In this document: positions 55,829 through 64,000 of the stretch, piece after piece | Layout: each line of letters starts with the position of its first letter | Position numbering within the stretch: the stretch's first letter is position 1 | Assembly: GCA_964538485.1 (NCBI GenBank) | Contig: CAZIHJ010000004.1 | Coordinates: forward strand, 5,836 to 69,835 | Length of the DNA stretch: 64,000 bases | Source of the DNA: an uncultured Chitinophagales bacterium | GTDB lineage: Bacteria > Bacteroidota > Ignavibacteria > UBA10030 > UBA6906 | Direction: 5' to 3' | Notes under the pieces: generated by a model | What the model saw: the letters and a program-made list of their open reading frames with translations, nothing else | What the model was told of the DNA's origin: nothing | Databases searched by the model: none | Program-made: the position numbers and the translations under genes

Positions 55829-56790
55829 TGACTGGTTTGTCCCGTGGTGATACGATGAAAGATATCCTCGATTTGAACCCGGCCGCGGTGGAGATGGACA
55901 AGCACCCAACCTTCCTGCACACATAATGCAAACAGTTGCCGGCGCATGTTCCCTTCCCGGCGTGACTCCACATAGAACCCCTTTGTGCGTTCCCCCTCTT
56001 CGTGTTGTGAAAGCGGGGAAACAAGCACGACACCGTCCAACGCCCGCATCAACCGTTCCGCGTTCTCGGTGTCATAACCATCCGGAAGGTCGATCCCGAC
56101 AAAGAACTTCTGCATACCCTCAAACTGCAACGAGAGATCTCCGATTGCTGAATCCGCGAGCTTCTTGCCATGATCAATAATGATCACTCTATCACACACG
56201 GCCTGCACCTCCGAAAGAGTGTGCGTGGAAAGAATGACTGTTTTTTCCTTGCCAACCTGCCGGATGTGCTGGCGGAATTCAAGAATCTGATTTGGATCAA
56301 GTCCATTTGTTGGTTCATCGAGAATCAACACCTGCGGGAGATGGAGCATCGCCTGAGCAAGCCCGACACGCTGGCGATACCCTTTGGAGAGCTTGCCAAT
56401 CTCCACATGCTTCACCGTTTGGAGGTCAAATGCCTCCACCACGGCCTTGATACGACGCGGGATGATCTTTCCCGGTACCTCCTGGAGTCGCGCAATGAAT
56501 TCCAGATACTCGATAACATCCATATCCGGATAAAGCGGGTTGTCTTCCGGCAGATACCCGATCAATTTTCGCACCTCGTACGGATCCTTCTGGACATCCT
56601 TGCCGTGAACTTCCACCGAACCACTCGACGGGGAGAGAAATCCGGTGATCATGCGGGCAACTGTGGTCTTCCCCGCCCCGTTCGGTCCGAGCAATCCTAC
56701 GATTTCTCCCGGTTGCACCTTGAATGAGAGGTTCTCGACCGCTTTGGTGGTGCCGTAATATTTCGTAAGTGATGTGACAACAACAGACAT
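55825..56790 (-). CDS. ABC transporter ATP-binding protein (GldA-like)
   Basis: 321 aa. Walker A GPNGAGKTT, signature LSKGYRQRVGLA, Walker B LILDEPTNGLD. Confidence 0.85.
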   Translation of the reverse strand: MSVVVTSLTKYYGTTKAVENLSFKVQPGEIVGLLGPNGAGKTTVARMITGFLSPSSGSVEVHGKDVQKDPYEVRKLIGYLPEDNPLYPDMDVIEYLEFIARLQEVPGKIIPRRIKAVVEAFDLQTVKHVEIGKLSKGYRQRVGLAQAMLHLPQVLILDEPTNGLDPNQILEFRQHIRQVGKEKTVILSTHTLSEVQAVCDRVIIIDHGKKLADSAIGDLSLQFEGMQKFFVGIDLPDGYDTENAERLMRALDGVVLVSPLSQHEEGERTKGFYVESRREGNMRRQLFALCVQEGWVLVHLHRGRVQIEDIFHRITTGQTSQ

Positions 56791-56797
56791 ATCTTGG

Positions 56798-58171
56798 CTA
56801 CCTCACACGAACAAATTCAATACGCCGGTTCTGCTGCCGGCCTTCATCCGTATCATTTGGTGCAATCGGTCGGACAAAACCGAATCCCTTCGTTCCAATC
56901 CTGTTGGCGTCCACTCCGCGCGCAACCAACCATTCCTTCACGGAGTTTGCCCTCGCTTGTGACAGCTTGAGATTGTACGAGGCCTTGCCAATATTATCCG
57001 TGTGGCCGTGAATTTCCACCTCAATACCCGGATTGTCTACCAATGTCCCCATCGCCTGCATCAAGATTGGCTCGGATTCGGGCTTAATCCGGGCACTGTT
57101 GAACTCGAACACTACGCCCTCGAGGACAATTGCCTTCCCGATTTCCACTTCCAGCGTCTGTTTCTTCGCGACGTCATCCTCGGCATTTAGCGGATTCGTT
57201 CCGCGGCGCACTTCCACACCGTCTTCGACTGTTCCGGCATCGGTGTCAATATTCAGCGGATCTGTCTTGTACGTCAGGACTTCATCACCGTCACTCAAAC
57301 TGTCTCCATCGGTATCCGGCCGCAACGGATTGGTACGATGCGTGAGCACTTCCGCTCCGTCGGTCAGCCTGTCCCCGTCTGTATCAGGATTCAATGGATC
57401 TGTGCCATGCACCTTCACTTCATCCCCATCGGTCAGACCATCCCCATCGGTATCAGGATTCAATGGATCCGTCTTGTAGCGGCGGACTTCTTCACCATCG
57501 GTCAAACGATCACCATCAGTATCGGGATTATGTGGATCGGTCCGGATCTTTCTCTCTTCTTTGGTAAGCAATCCGTCCTTGTCCGGATCAGTATCCTCAT
57601 CCTCTCCAACGACAAGTACGCCGATAAGAAAATTCCAGTACCCCGATTTACTCTCGGAATCCAGTCCGGTTATTCCTTTTACAAAAATATTATTATAGCC
57701 CGCATTGAGATCCACCGCAACACGATTGTCCACCATGAATTGTGCCCCGACACCAAGGGGAACAAATCCGGCCCGCCCGCTTTCTTTCACCACGGATCCA
57801 TTTGCCGGTCGCCGTTCCTGGTCATAGTACATTACACCGGCACCGACATAGAGGTATGGACTCCATCGGGAGGTCACCAGGGGTGAGAACACGAGTCGAT
57901 AATCGGCGGGAATCACCTGCGTCTTGAATCTCTTTGCCTTTAATTCGCCGAACTCGATGCCAATTTCACCACGCAACCGCGGTGCCAGCGGGTGCCGCAG
58001 AAACGCGCGGGCGTCATATCCACTTCCGCTCTGTGATGCTTCAGAGTTGCTGAGGATTCCTCCGACTTTCACCCCGACGTTCAGACCATCGTCGCGGAAC
58101 TGTGCTGATACTTCAGGAACCAATCCTATCCAGCATACGCACACCGTAATCAGCAATACCTGTAAACGCAT
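56798..58171 (-). CDS. OmpA family protein with N-terminal beta-barrel and thrombospondin type 3 (calcium-binding) repeats
   Basis: Start at MRLQVLLITVCVCWIGLVPEVSAQ (ATG at 58169-58171). Eight DxDxDGxxDxxE/D repeats (DTDGDGLTDGDEV...). C-terminal OmpA domain (...IEVEIHGHTDNIGKASYNLKLSQARANSV...RRIEFVRV). Confidence 0.8.
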   Translation of the reverse strand: MRLQVLLITVCVCWIGLVPEVSAQFRDDGLNVGVKVGGILSNSEASQSGSGYDARAFLRHPLAPRLRGEIGIEFGELKAKRFKTQVIPADYRLVFSPLVTSRWSPYLYVGAGVMYYDQERRPANGSVVKESGRAGFVPLGVGAQFMVDNRVAVDLNAGYNNIFVKGITGLDSESKSGYWNFLIGVLVVGEDEDTDPDKDGLLTKEERKIRTDPHNPDTDGDRLTDGEEVRRYKTDPLNPDTDGDGLTDGDEVKVHGTDPLNPDTDGDRLTDGAEVLTHRTNPLRPDTDGDSLSDGDEVLTYKTDPLNIDTDAGTVEDGVEVRRGTNPLNAEDDVAKKQTLEVEIGKAIVLEGVVFEFNSARIKPESEPILMQAMGTLVDNPGIEVEIHGHTDNIGKASYNLKLSQARANSVKEWLVARGVDANRIGTKGFGFVRPIAPNDTDEGRQQNRRIEFVRVR

Positions 58172-58518
58172 GACTCGCGTTTTCCTTTCTCGAAGGGTTT
58201 GAAACACTACATTTCCAAAGCTCTGGTCTCCTGATTCGTTACCCATCGGCCAATCCGGCACAACGGCTTGGGGCAACCAAGAAACACGTTTTGGGGAATA
58301 ATTGGGATTCAGGACACTCTCGCCCATACTCGGATTAACAGCACACGAACCCCCCGGAACAGGAGATTTCATGCCAATAATTCTTCTATGATATTGCGAG
58401 AATAAAGAACCTGAGAGGGGAAAAGCTACGGTGTAAGGTGTTGAAAAGTTTCTTGGAAATCAAGTCCTCTTTCTAACTCGATCGGGCCCTATGAACGAGG
58501 AAATCATCCCTAACAAAA

Positions 58519-61500
58519 CTACCTCAACAACAGCATTTTCCTTGATTCCGAGAGGGTAATCCCGACCCCTCCATCCGGAACAAGGTCTAACCTATAGAAG
58601 TAGAGGCCACTGGCAACGGCATTGTTGTTATCATTTGTGCCATCCCATTCAACCGTGTATGTGCCCTTGGAAACCTCCCGCTTCACCAGCGTCCTGATTA
58701 AGCGGCCAAGAATGTCATACACACGGAGTGTTGCGTTTCCATCGATGGGAATTCCATACCGGACGGTTGTAACCGGATTGAATGGGTTGGGATAGTTCTG
58801 ATCAAGCGAAAAAGCAATCGGGCTGTCTTCAATGCCCTGAAGTCGCAACGAGATCGACTGCGGATACTCCACAAGGACCTCACCCTCGTGCAGGAGCGAG
58901 ATCACCCGATTGCCAACAACGAGCCACGCCGCCATAGGGTGTTCTTGTTCCCCCCACCGTAATGAAATTGGAAACGTAGCGGCGGAAATTTTCAACGTAG
59001 TTTCTTTGTGATCCGCACCAGCAAATTCCATCATCGTGTTCGATTCATAACGTATATCAAATGCGCCATCAGGGGGTAATGGTGGAAGCTCGTACGATTC
59101 AGAGGTGAAACGCCCCTCCGGGTTGCGCCCGTACAACAGTGATTGGGTTCGACCTTCTGCATCTTCCAGAATAAGAGAATTCGCCGCTGGTGGAGAAGCC
59201 GGTCCCGGTCGCGATGCGGGTCCCGATGATTGGTTTGCGAAAAGAACACCACTCTGTGATATCTTCACCCAATATCCCAAGGCCGGCTTCAAACTATCCG
59301 TCGCATAGTAGCTTCCGCCATACCCAAAGAATGACGTCCGAATAATACTGTCCGGTGATGAAGAAACACTGGCCACGCTCACGGGAACCGAGAGGGAACC
59401 TATCAGATTCCACCCGGCAGTGACAGCAATAGTGTCCGCAGAATAGGGATAGCCGGTGAAATTAAGCACAGGGTTCGTGAGTTTTGTCCAGTATCCTCTG
59501 CCATTACTCAATGTATCGCTTCTGAAATACTGATTCTGAAAACTATAGCTGAAAGGAATGATATAGGGACAAAGGACATTTACGGGAAGTGAATACAGCC
59601 GCCAGCTTGAGCCAAGATTTGCCTGAATACGGATAGCTCCCCCCGTTCCGGTTCCCGTACCCGAGAGATTCATCGAATCGACCGAAGTAATACCGTTATG
59701 CGTAAAGTAAACTTTCCCGGAGGCGAGACCCGGATTCAGAGGTGCATATATCACAGCCAATTTGAAACTGTCATTGGCATTGACGCTAAACGTGGGAGGG
59801 ACAACGGTGTAGTTTGCATTGTTGGTCACTGCCGTAACATTCAGGGCATTCACCTGTGCAAGATTTCGCACAATAACCGTGTCAACAAGCCGACATCCAA
59901 CTGCGATCGATCCGAAGGTGAGCATGTTACTGTTTGTGCCGAAACGCGGGGCTTCATATTTTATGACACTGTATACCGATCCGTCTTCTGTTTCCGAATA
60001 CCCTGCAACATAAACATTGCCGAGGGCATCAACGACGATCCCCTGCGGTTCGTCATTCAATTGCGCCGGATCATCATAGCGGGTAACCCATTGTTGCACT
60101 CCGGCAGGACTGTATCGGACCGTCGCATAGTCATAGCCAGACTTGAACAAGAAACTGTACCCGGTGACATAGACGTTTCCTTTGGAATCGAGGGCAACAT
60201 CGGCACCTATATCATCGTCATTTTCACCACTATTGTAACGGACGTTCCATTGCTGGACGCCGGAGGAATTGTACTTTATTGTAAGGAAATCGTATCCCAT
60301 GCCGGTGGCCTGGCTTCCCCCGGTCACGAACACGTTGCTTGATGCGTCAAGCTTCAGCATGGTTGGAACATCACTGGCATTTCCGGATCCTGAATAACGC
60401 ACAGCCCATTGCTGGACGCCGCTGCTGTTGTATCGAATTGTAGCGTAGTCAAATCCGGTTCCGATTCCCTCACTCGCCCCGGTTACAAACACGTTGTTGG
60501 TCGCATCCACCGCGATGGCGTATGCTTGATCCACACCATTCGCCGGCCCGCTATAACGCGAAACCCATTGTTGAGTCCCCGACGTATTATACTTCACCGT
60601 TGCAAAGTCAGATGTTCCCCCCGCCCCAACACTCGTACCAGTAACATACACATTTCCCCCTGCATCAAGCGCCAAATCCAAAGCGTTGTCAGTGGAATCA
60701 CCGGGTCCGTTATAAGAACCAGCCCATAATTGCGTTCCCGTGGTTTGATACTTGATCGTCAGGAAATCATTGCCACTGGCCGGGTCGAACCTGGCCCCGG
60801 TAACGTAGACATTGCCTGATCCGTCGACAGCGATGTCAGTTCCTTGATCGATCGCGCTCCCCCCACTTGCATATCTCACTGCCCAGATCTGGGCTCCATT
60901 CACATTGTATTTGACAGTTGCGATATCATAGCCCGTTGACACTCCGAAACTCGTTCCAGTCACATACGCATTGCCAAAGTTATCGATAACAATTGCCGAA
61001 ACGAAATCCTCAGCGTCACCAGTACCATTATAACGGGCGACCCACTGTGGAACGCCGGCAGAATTATACTTGACTGTCGCATAGTCACTCTGACTTTTTT
61101 GGTCGAAACTTGTTCCCGTGACATAAATATTCCCCGACGGATCGAGTGCCACCGCCGCTGCTTCATCGGCTGAGTTCCCCGGGCCATTATAACGTGTTGC
61201 CCACTGCTGCACTCCAACCGAACTGTATTTTACCGTAGCAATGTCTTCGTCGGTCACCAAACCATAGCTTGTCCCAGCCACGTATACATTTCCGAATCCG
61301 TCTACTGTCACCGCCGCTCCTGCATCATAGTCGGTGATATCCCCAGTGTAGCGTGCAACCCATGATTGCAGACCGAGAGAATTGTATTTCACGGTCGCAT
61401 AATCTTCAAATGTTCCTGAACCCGTGCTTGATCCCGTGACATAGACATTGCCTCCCGCATCGACAAATACCGACGCAGCGGCATCAAACGAGCTTCCCGG

Positions 61501-62868
61501 ACCATCATATGTGGCCACCCACCGGATCCCGCCGCTACTACTGTACTTGACGGTCAGGTAATCATCCCCCGAAAGCAGTGCGTAACTCGTTCCTGTGATG
61601 TACACGTTGCGAGACCCGTCGATGGTGATTGCGGCGGGAAGTTCATCGGATTCTTCCGGGGAATTATATCGCACAGACCAATCGGTTCCTCCGAATGCAT
61701 CGTACTTTATCGTTGCATAGTCTGCGTCGAAGTTGGTGTTATAGCTCGCTCCCGTCACATAGGTGTTTCCCCCAACATCGACTGTCATCGCAGCAACAGC
61801 ATCATAGTCGTTTCCCGGGCCGTCATATCGCCTGACCCACACCTGGCTTCCAAGAAAGCTGTACTTGATGGTAACAAAATCCTCGAGAGTCTCTTCACCA
61901 TAGCTCGTACCACTCACATACACGCTTCCCGAAATATCAATCCCCAGTCCTGCGGGAATATCAAGGTCATTCACTCCCCCGTCATACCGTCCATACCAGA
62001 GTTCAGTCCCCGCCGCATTGTACTTGATGGTGACAATATCGGCATCCGTAAGAACTCCGTAGCTGGTTCCCGTAACATGCACATTACCGGCATTGTCCAC
62101 TTTGAGGCCAAGACCGGCATCGTAGTCATTTGCCGGACCGTCATACCGTGCTACCCATTGCCCAACGCCACTTGCACTGTACTTTATGGTAAGAACATCC
62201 TCATCGGTATCAATTCCAAAACTGGAACCGGTCACGTAGACATTCCCGGAAGCATCAACAACAATCGCGTTCGCTCCATCATAATCATTTCCAGGGCCGT
62301 TATATGAGGCAATCCATTGCTGGACCCCGGCACTATTGTACTTGATTGTTACTGCGTCATAGCCGCTGAAAATCCCAGTTGTGTAGCCCGCGACGTAGAC
62401 ATTGCCGCTGGCATCAAGCGTAATAGCTGAAGCGGCATCAAGCGATGGCGCCAAACCGGATGAATAGTGTACCACCCACGCCGCAAGAACCGAGTCAACG
62501 ATGGATTCCGAAATTCCCGCAGCACGCGCAGCATCGCGGTCTATCGCAGGACGCTTGTTGATGAGGTGGGACCATGGCTTGCCTCTCTCTGGACCATGTC
62601 TCTCGTTGAGCTTGTCGCGTCGCACCAGAGCTTGCATCGCAGCAGGCAGTTGACCGCGTTTCCACTTTTCTTCGAATCGCCTTCCCTGTTGTTGCTTTTC
62701 AGGGCCAAGGGGGGTAACGCGCGGAGCTCTGCTGGATCGCTCTGCTTCAGTCCGGCTCCCACCTGCATGCAACACACTTACTGCAGTGTTGGCCATCAGA
62801 CAAAGAGTCACAAGCACATACCCCATCGACCGGCACCCGGAGTTGGCCCATGACGTCCTTGGTTTCAT
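58519..62868 (-). CDS. Large secreted SBBP beta-propeller-repeat protein with T9SS C-terminal sorting domain
   Basis: Start chosen at MKPRTSWANSGCRSMGYVLVTLCLMANTAVSVLHAGG (avoids overlap with the downstream gene). More than 20 SBBP-type repeats (D(A/G)SGNVYVTG(T/S)S...D(Y/F)(A/L)T(V/I)KY...G...W). The shared tandem-repeat domain is at about nt 59307-59682. Extreme C-terminus NYPNPFNPVTTVRYGIP...LRVYDILGRLIRTL...GLYFYRL is a T9SS type-A CTD. Confidence 0.8.
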   Translation of the reverse strand: MKPRTSWANSGCRSMGYVLVTLCLMANTAVSVLHAGGSRTEAERSSRAPRVTPLGPEKQQQGRRFEEKWKRGQLPAAMQALVRRDKLNERHGPERGKPWSHLINKRPAIDRDAARAAGISESIVDSVLAAWVVHYSSGLAPSLDAASAITLDASGNVYVAGYTTGIFSGYDAVTIKYNSAGVQQWIASYNGPGNDYDGANAIVVDASGNVYVTGSSFGIDTDEDVLTIKYSASGVGQWVARYDGPANDYDAGLGLKVDNAGNVHVTGTSYGVLTDADIVTIKYNAAGTELWYGRYDGGVNDLDIPAGLGIDISGSVYVSGTSYGEETLEDFVTIKYSFLGSQVWVRRYDGPGNDYDAVAAMTVDVGGNTYVTGASYNTNFDADYATIKYDAFGGTDWSVRYNSPEESDELPAAITIDGSRNVYITGTSYALLSGDDYLTVKYSSSGGIRWVATYDGPGSSFDAAASVFVDAGGNVYVTGSSTGSGTFEDYATVKYNSLGLQSWVARYTGDITDYDAGAAVTVDGFGNVYVAGTSYGLVTDEDIATVKYSSVGVQQWATRYNGPGNSADEAAAVALDPSGNIYVTGTSFDQKSQSDYATVKYNSAGVPQWVARYNGTGDAEDFVSAIVIDNFGNAYVTGTSFGVSTGYDIATVKYNVNGAQIWAVRYASGGSAIDQGTDIAVDGSGNVYVTGARFDPASGNDFLTIKYQTTGTQLWAGSYNGPGDSTDNALDLALDAGGNVYVTGTSVGAGGTSDFATVKYNTSGTQQWVSRYSGPANGVDQAYAIAVDATNNVFVTGASEGIGTGFDYATIRYNSSGVQQWAVRYSGSGNASDVPTMLKLDASSNVFVTGGSQATGMGYDFLTIKYNSSGVQQWNVRYNSGENDDDIGADVALDSKGNVYVTGYSFLFKSGYDYATVRYSPAGVQQWVTRYDDPAQLNDEPQGIVVDALGNVYVAGYSETEDGSVYSVIKYEAPRFGTNSNMLTFGSIAVGCRLVDTVIVRNLAQVNALNVTAVTNNANYTVVPPTFSVNANDSFKLAVIYAPLNPGLASGKVYFTHNGITSVDSMNLSGTGTGTGGAIRIQANLGSSWRLYSLPVNVLCPYIIPFSYSFQNQYFRSDTLSNGRGYWTKLTNPVLNFTGYPYSADTIAVTAGWNLIGSLSVPVSVASVSSSPDSIIRTSFFGYGGSYYATDSLKPALGYWVKISQSGVLFANQSSGPASRPGPASPPAANSLILEDAEGRTQSLLYGRNPEGRFTSESYELPPLPPDGAFDIRYESNTMMEFAGADHKETTLKISAATFPISLRWGEQEHPMAAWLVVGNRVISLLHEGEVLVEYPQSISLRLQGIEDSPIAFSLDQNYPNPFNPVTTVRYGIPIDGNATLRVYDILGRLIRTLVKREVSKGTYTVEWDGTNDNNNAVASGLYFYRLDLVPDGGVGITLSESRKMLLLR

Positions 62869-62899
62869 CCCATTCATCCTCATCACCATCATCCTGTAC

Positions 62900-64000
62900 C
62901 TATTTCGAAATCCTGTTGTGGCGGTCCGGTGGCCGTATGAGAGAATCATGATCTCCCTGCAATCGATTGCGCCTGGAGGAAACGGGAGACGGAAGAATCA
63001 GGACCCCGTTCTGACTGACTTTCACCCAATACCCTCGTGCAGGGACGAGCGTGTCCGCCGCCACATACCCGGCATCATATTCAAGATAAGATGACACCAC
63101 AATGCCTGCAGGAACCTGGACAATAGAACTTGTGTCAACGGGCTCCGTAAGAGTGCCAATGAGATTCCACCCGGTAAAAACAGCAAGAGTATCACTTTGC
63201 ACAGCATGGCCGACAATGCTTACCTGTTGCAATGAATCAAACTTCAGCCAGTATCCGGCACCGATAGTGAGGGTGTCCTGGGGCTCGTATCCCACTCCAT
63301 TCACAAATGCATATGCGAGGGACGAAGAGGACGGGAAAATGCTGCTCTTCCTGGCATCGCTCACATTCAGCGGAAGACTCACAAGATTCCATGATTCCTG
63401 CACCGTGTATTGCCCTGTCAGTTCCTCCATGGTGAGAAAATTCCAAAGGGTGGAGTATGCACTGACGCCTGCAAAGCTCCTTGCCCGCACACGCCAGTAG
63501 TGCTTTGTCTGTTCCTGGAGTGCGGCAACCTGACGGGAAGTGGTTGTCAACACCGAATCGTTGACAACGAGGGTGGTAAACAAGGAATCTGTTGCCACCT
63601 GCAGGTGATATGATGTTGCCCCAGCCGAAGAGTTCCATGAGATGGTCGGTGTGAGAGGCTGGTGGATGGCTCCATCAGCAGGAGCGATGGGTACGGGAAC
63701 TGGCGGTGGGGCGGTTGTGGTGTAGCCAAGCACTCGAATATCATCCACATAAAACCCGTCCCGCTCTTCACCGCCATCTGCCGACAATCGAAACCGTATC
63801 TTCACAGATTGCCCCGCGTAGGGTGTAAGGTCAACAAACGCAGGCATCCATGTTACTCCGGGGCTGTAACTATCATAACCCCACGTTCCTGTTGTTTGCT
63901 TGCCACCACTTCTTCCTGAACCAGGATGTGCAAGTGTCGGCCTCAGGTTCACCCAGGTTGACCCTGAATTGGTACTGATTTCTACTGTTGCAAAATCCCA
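62900..64000 (-). CDS. Secreted protein (N-terminus beyond window) with FN3-like domain and the shared C-terminal tandem-repeat domain
   Basis: Frame is open from nt 64000; the listed ORF start at 63952 is only an internal GTG. Contains ...GFYVDDIRVLGY, an FN3-like domain (GATSYHLQVATDSLF...HYWRVRARS), then ESWNLVSLPLNV...GAGYWLKF...TGWNLIGTL...ARGYWVKVSQNGVLIL. Confidence 0.6.
   Translation of the reverse strand, partial: WDFATVEISTNSGSTWVNLRPTLAHPGSGRSGGKQTTGTWGYDSYSPGVTWMPAFVDLTPYAGQSVKIRFRLSADGGEERDGFYVDDIRVLGYTTTAPPPVPVPIAPADGAIHQPLTPTISWNSSAGATSYHLQVATDSLFTTLVVNDSVLTTTSRQVAALQEQTKHYWRVRARSFAGVSAYSTLWNFLTMEELTGQYTVQESWNLVSLPLNVSDARKSSIFPSSSSLAYAFVNGVGYEPQDTLTIGAGYWLKFDSLQQVSIVGHAVQSDTLAVFTGWNLIGTLTEPVDTSSIVQVPAGIVVSSYLEYDAGYVAADTLVPARGYWVKVSQNGVLILPSPVSSRRNRLQGDHDSLIRPPDRHNRISK

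Noticed and set aside
1-64000. Searched for tRNA/rRNA, CRISPR arrays, integrases, transposases, phage or conjugation genes, toxin-antitoxin pairs and restriction-modification genes
   Set aside because: No GGTTCGAATCC-type T-arm or cloverleaf candidates in intergenic regions, no direct-repeat/spacer arrays, and no protein with recombinase, transposase, nuclease-methylase or toxin signatures. The window looks like stable chromosome with no mobile island.

Overview
This is a gene-dense chromosomal window of roughly 55% GC with no rRNA, tRNA, CRISPR, integrase or transposase signal. The host is probably a member of the Fibrobacteres-Chlorobi-Bacteroidetes group: it encodes a 1476-aa SBBP beta-propeller protein ending in a T9SS C-terminal sorting domain (motif NYPNPFNP), an OmpA/thrombospondin-type-3 protein and a GldA/GldF/GldG-like ABC system. 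I read the following blocks.

- **1-11.4 kb, minus strand:** DUF547 protein, an outer-membrane barrel, a nitroreductase, an ArsS-like radical-SAM protein, a large hybrid histidine kinase with an internal GAF-PAS duplication, a histidine kinase/OmpR response regulator pair, and an egtB-egtD ergothioneine pair.
- **11.5-38.3 kb, plus strand:** a micro-operon of two tiny acidic ORFs plus a MIP channel, then a roughly 10 kb envelope/redox cluster. That cluster holds a GlcG-cupin fusion, two SMP-30 lactonase-like proteins, three DM13 domains, a paralogous outer-membrane barrel, apparently exported MsrA and MsrB, NDH-2 and a spondin_N-like protein. It is followed by GMC oxidoreductase, FMN reductase, VOC and YHS proteins. 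Next comes a sugar cluster: an S8 peptidase fused to a CBM48 glycogen-binding domain, a HAD-like protein with degenerate catalytic motifs, GH63, an archaeal-type glucose 1-dehydrogenase and a glycogen-debranching-like enzyme. The block ends with a membrane protein, a winged-helix regulator and CreD.
- **38.4-43.7 kb, minus strand:** a YtrA-like GntR regulator, ABC ATPase, a fused permease with a large extracytoplasmic domain, and an S9 peptidase, with a striking GTAC-rich dyad operator at the GntR start.
- **44-64 kb:** outer-membrane barrels, DUF2911, aguA-aguB, ppk1, and secreted FN3 proteins sharing an apparently unannotated C-terminal tandem-repeat domain.
- **Non-coding:** a 26-nt hairpin element occurring twice, a near-consensus TTGACT-N17-TATACT promoter overlapped by a palindrome, and several rho-independent terminators.

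Product names were assigned by recalling family signatures, not by database searches. Start codons are chosen by RBS, signal peptide and domain boundaries and may be off by a few codons.
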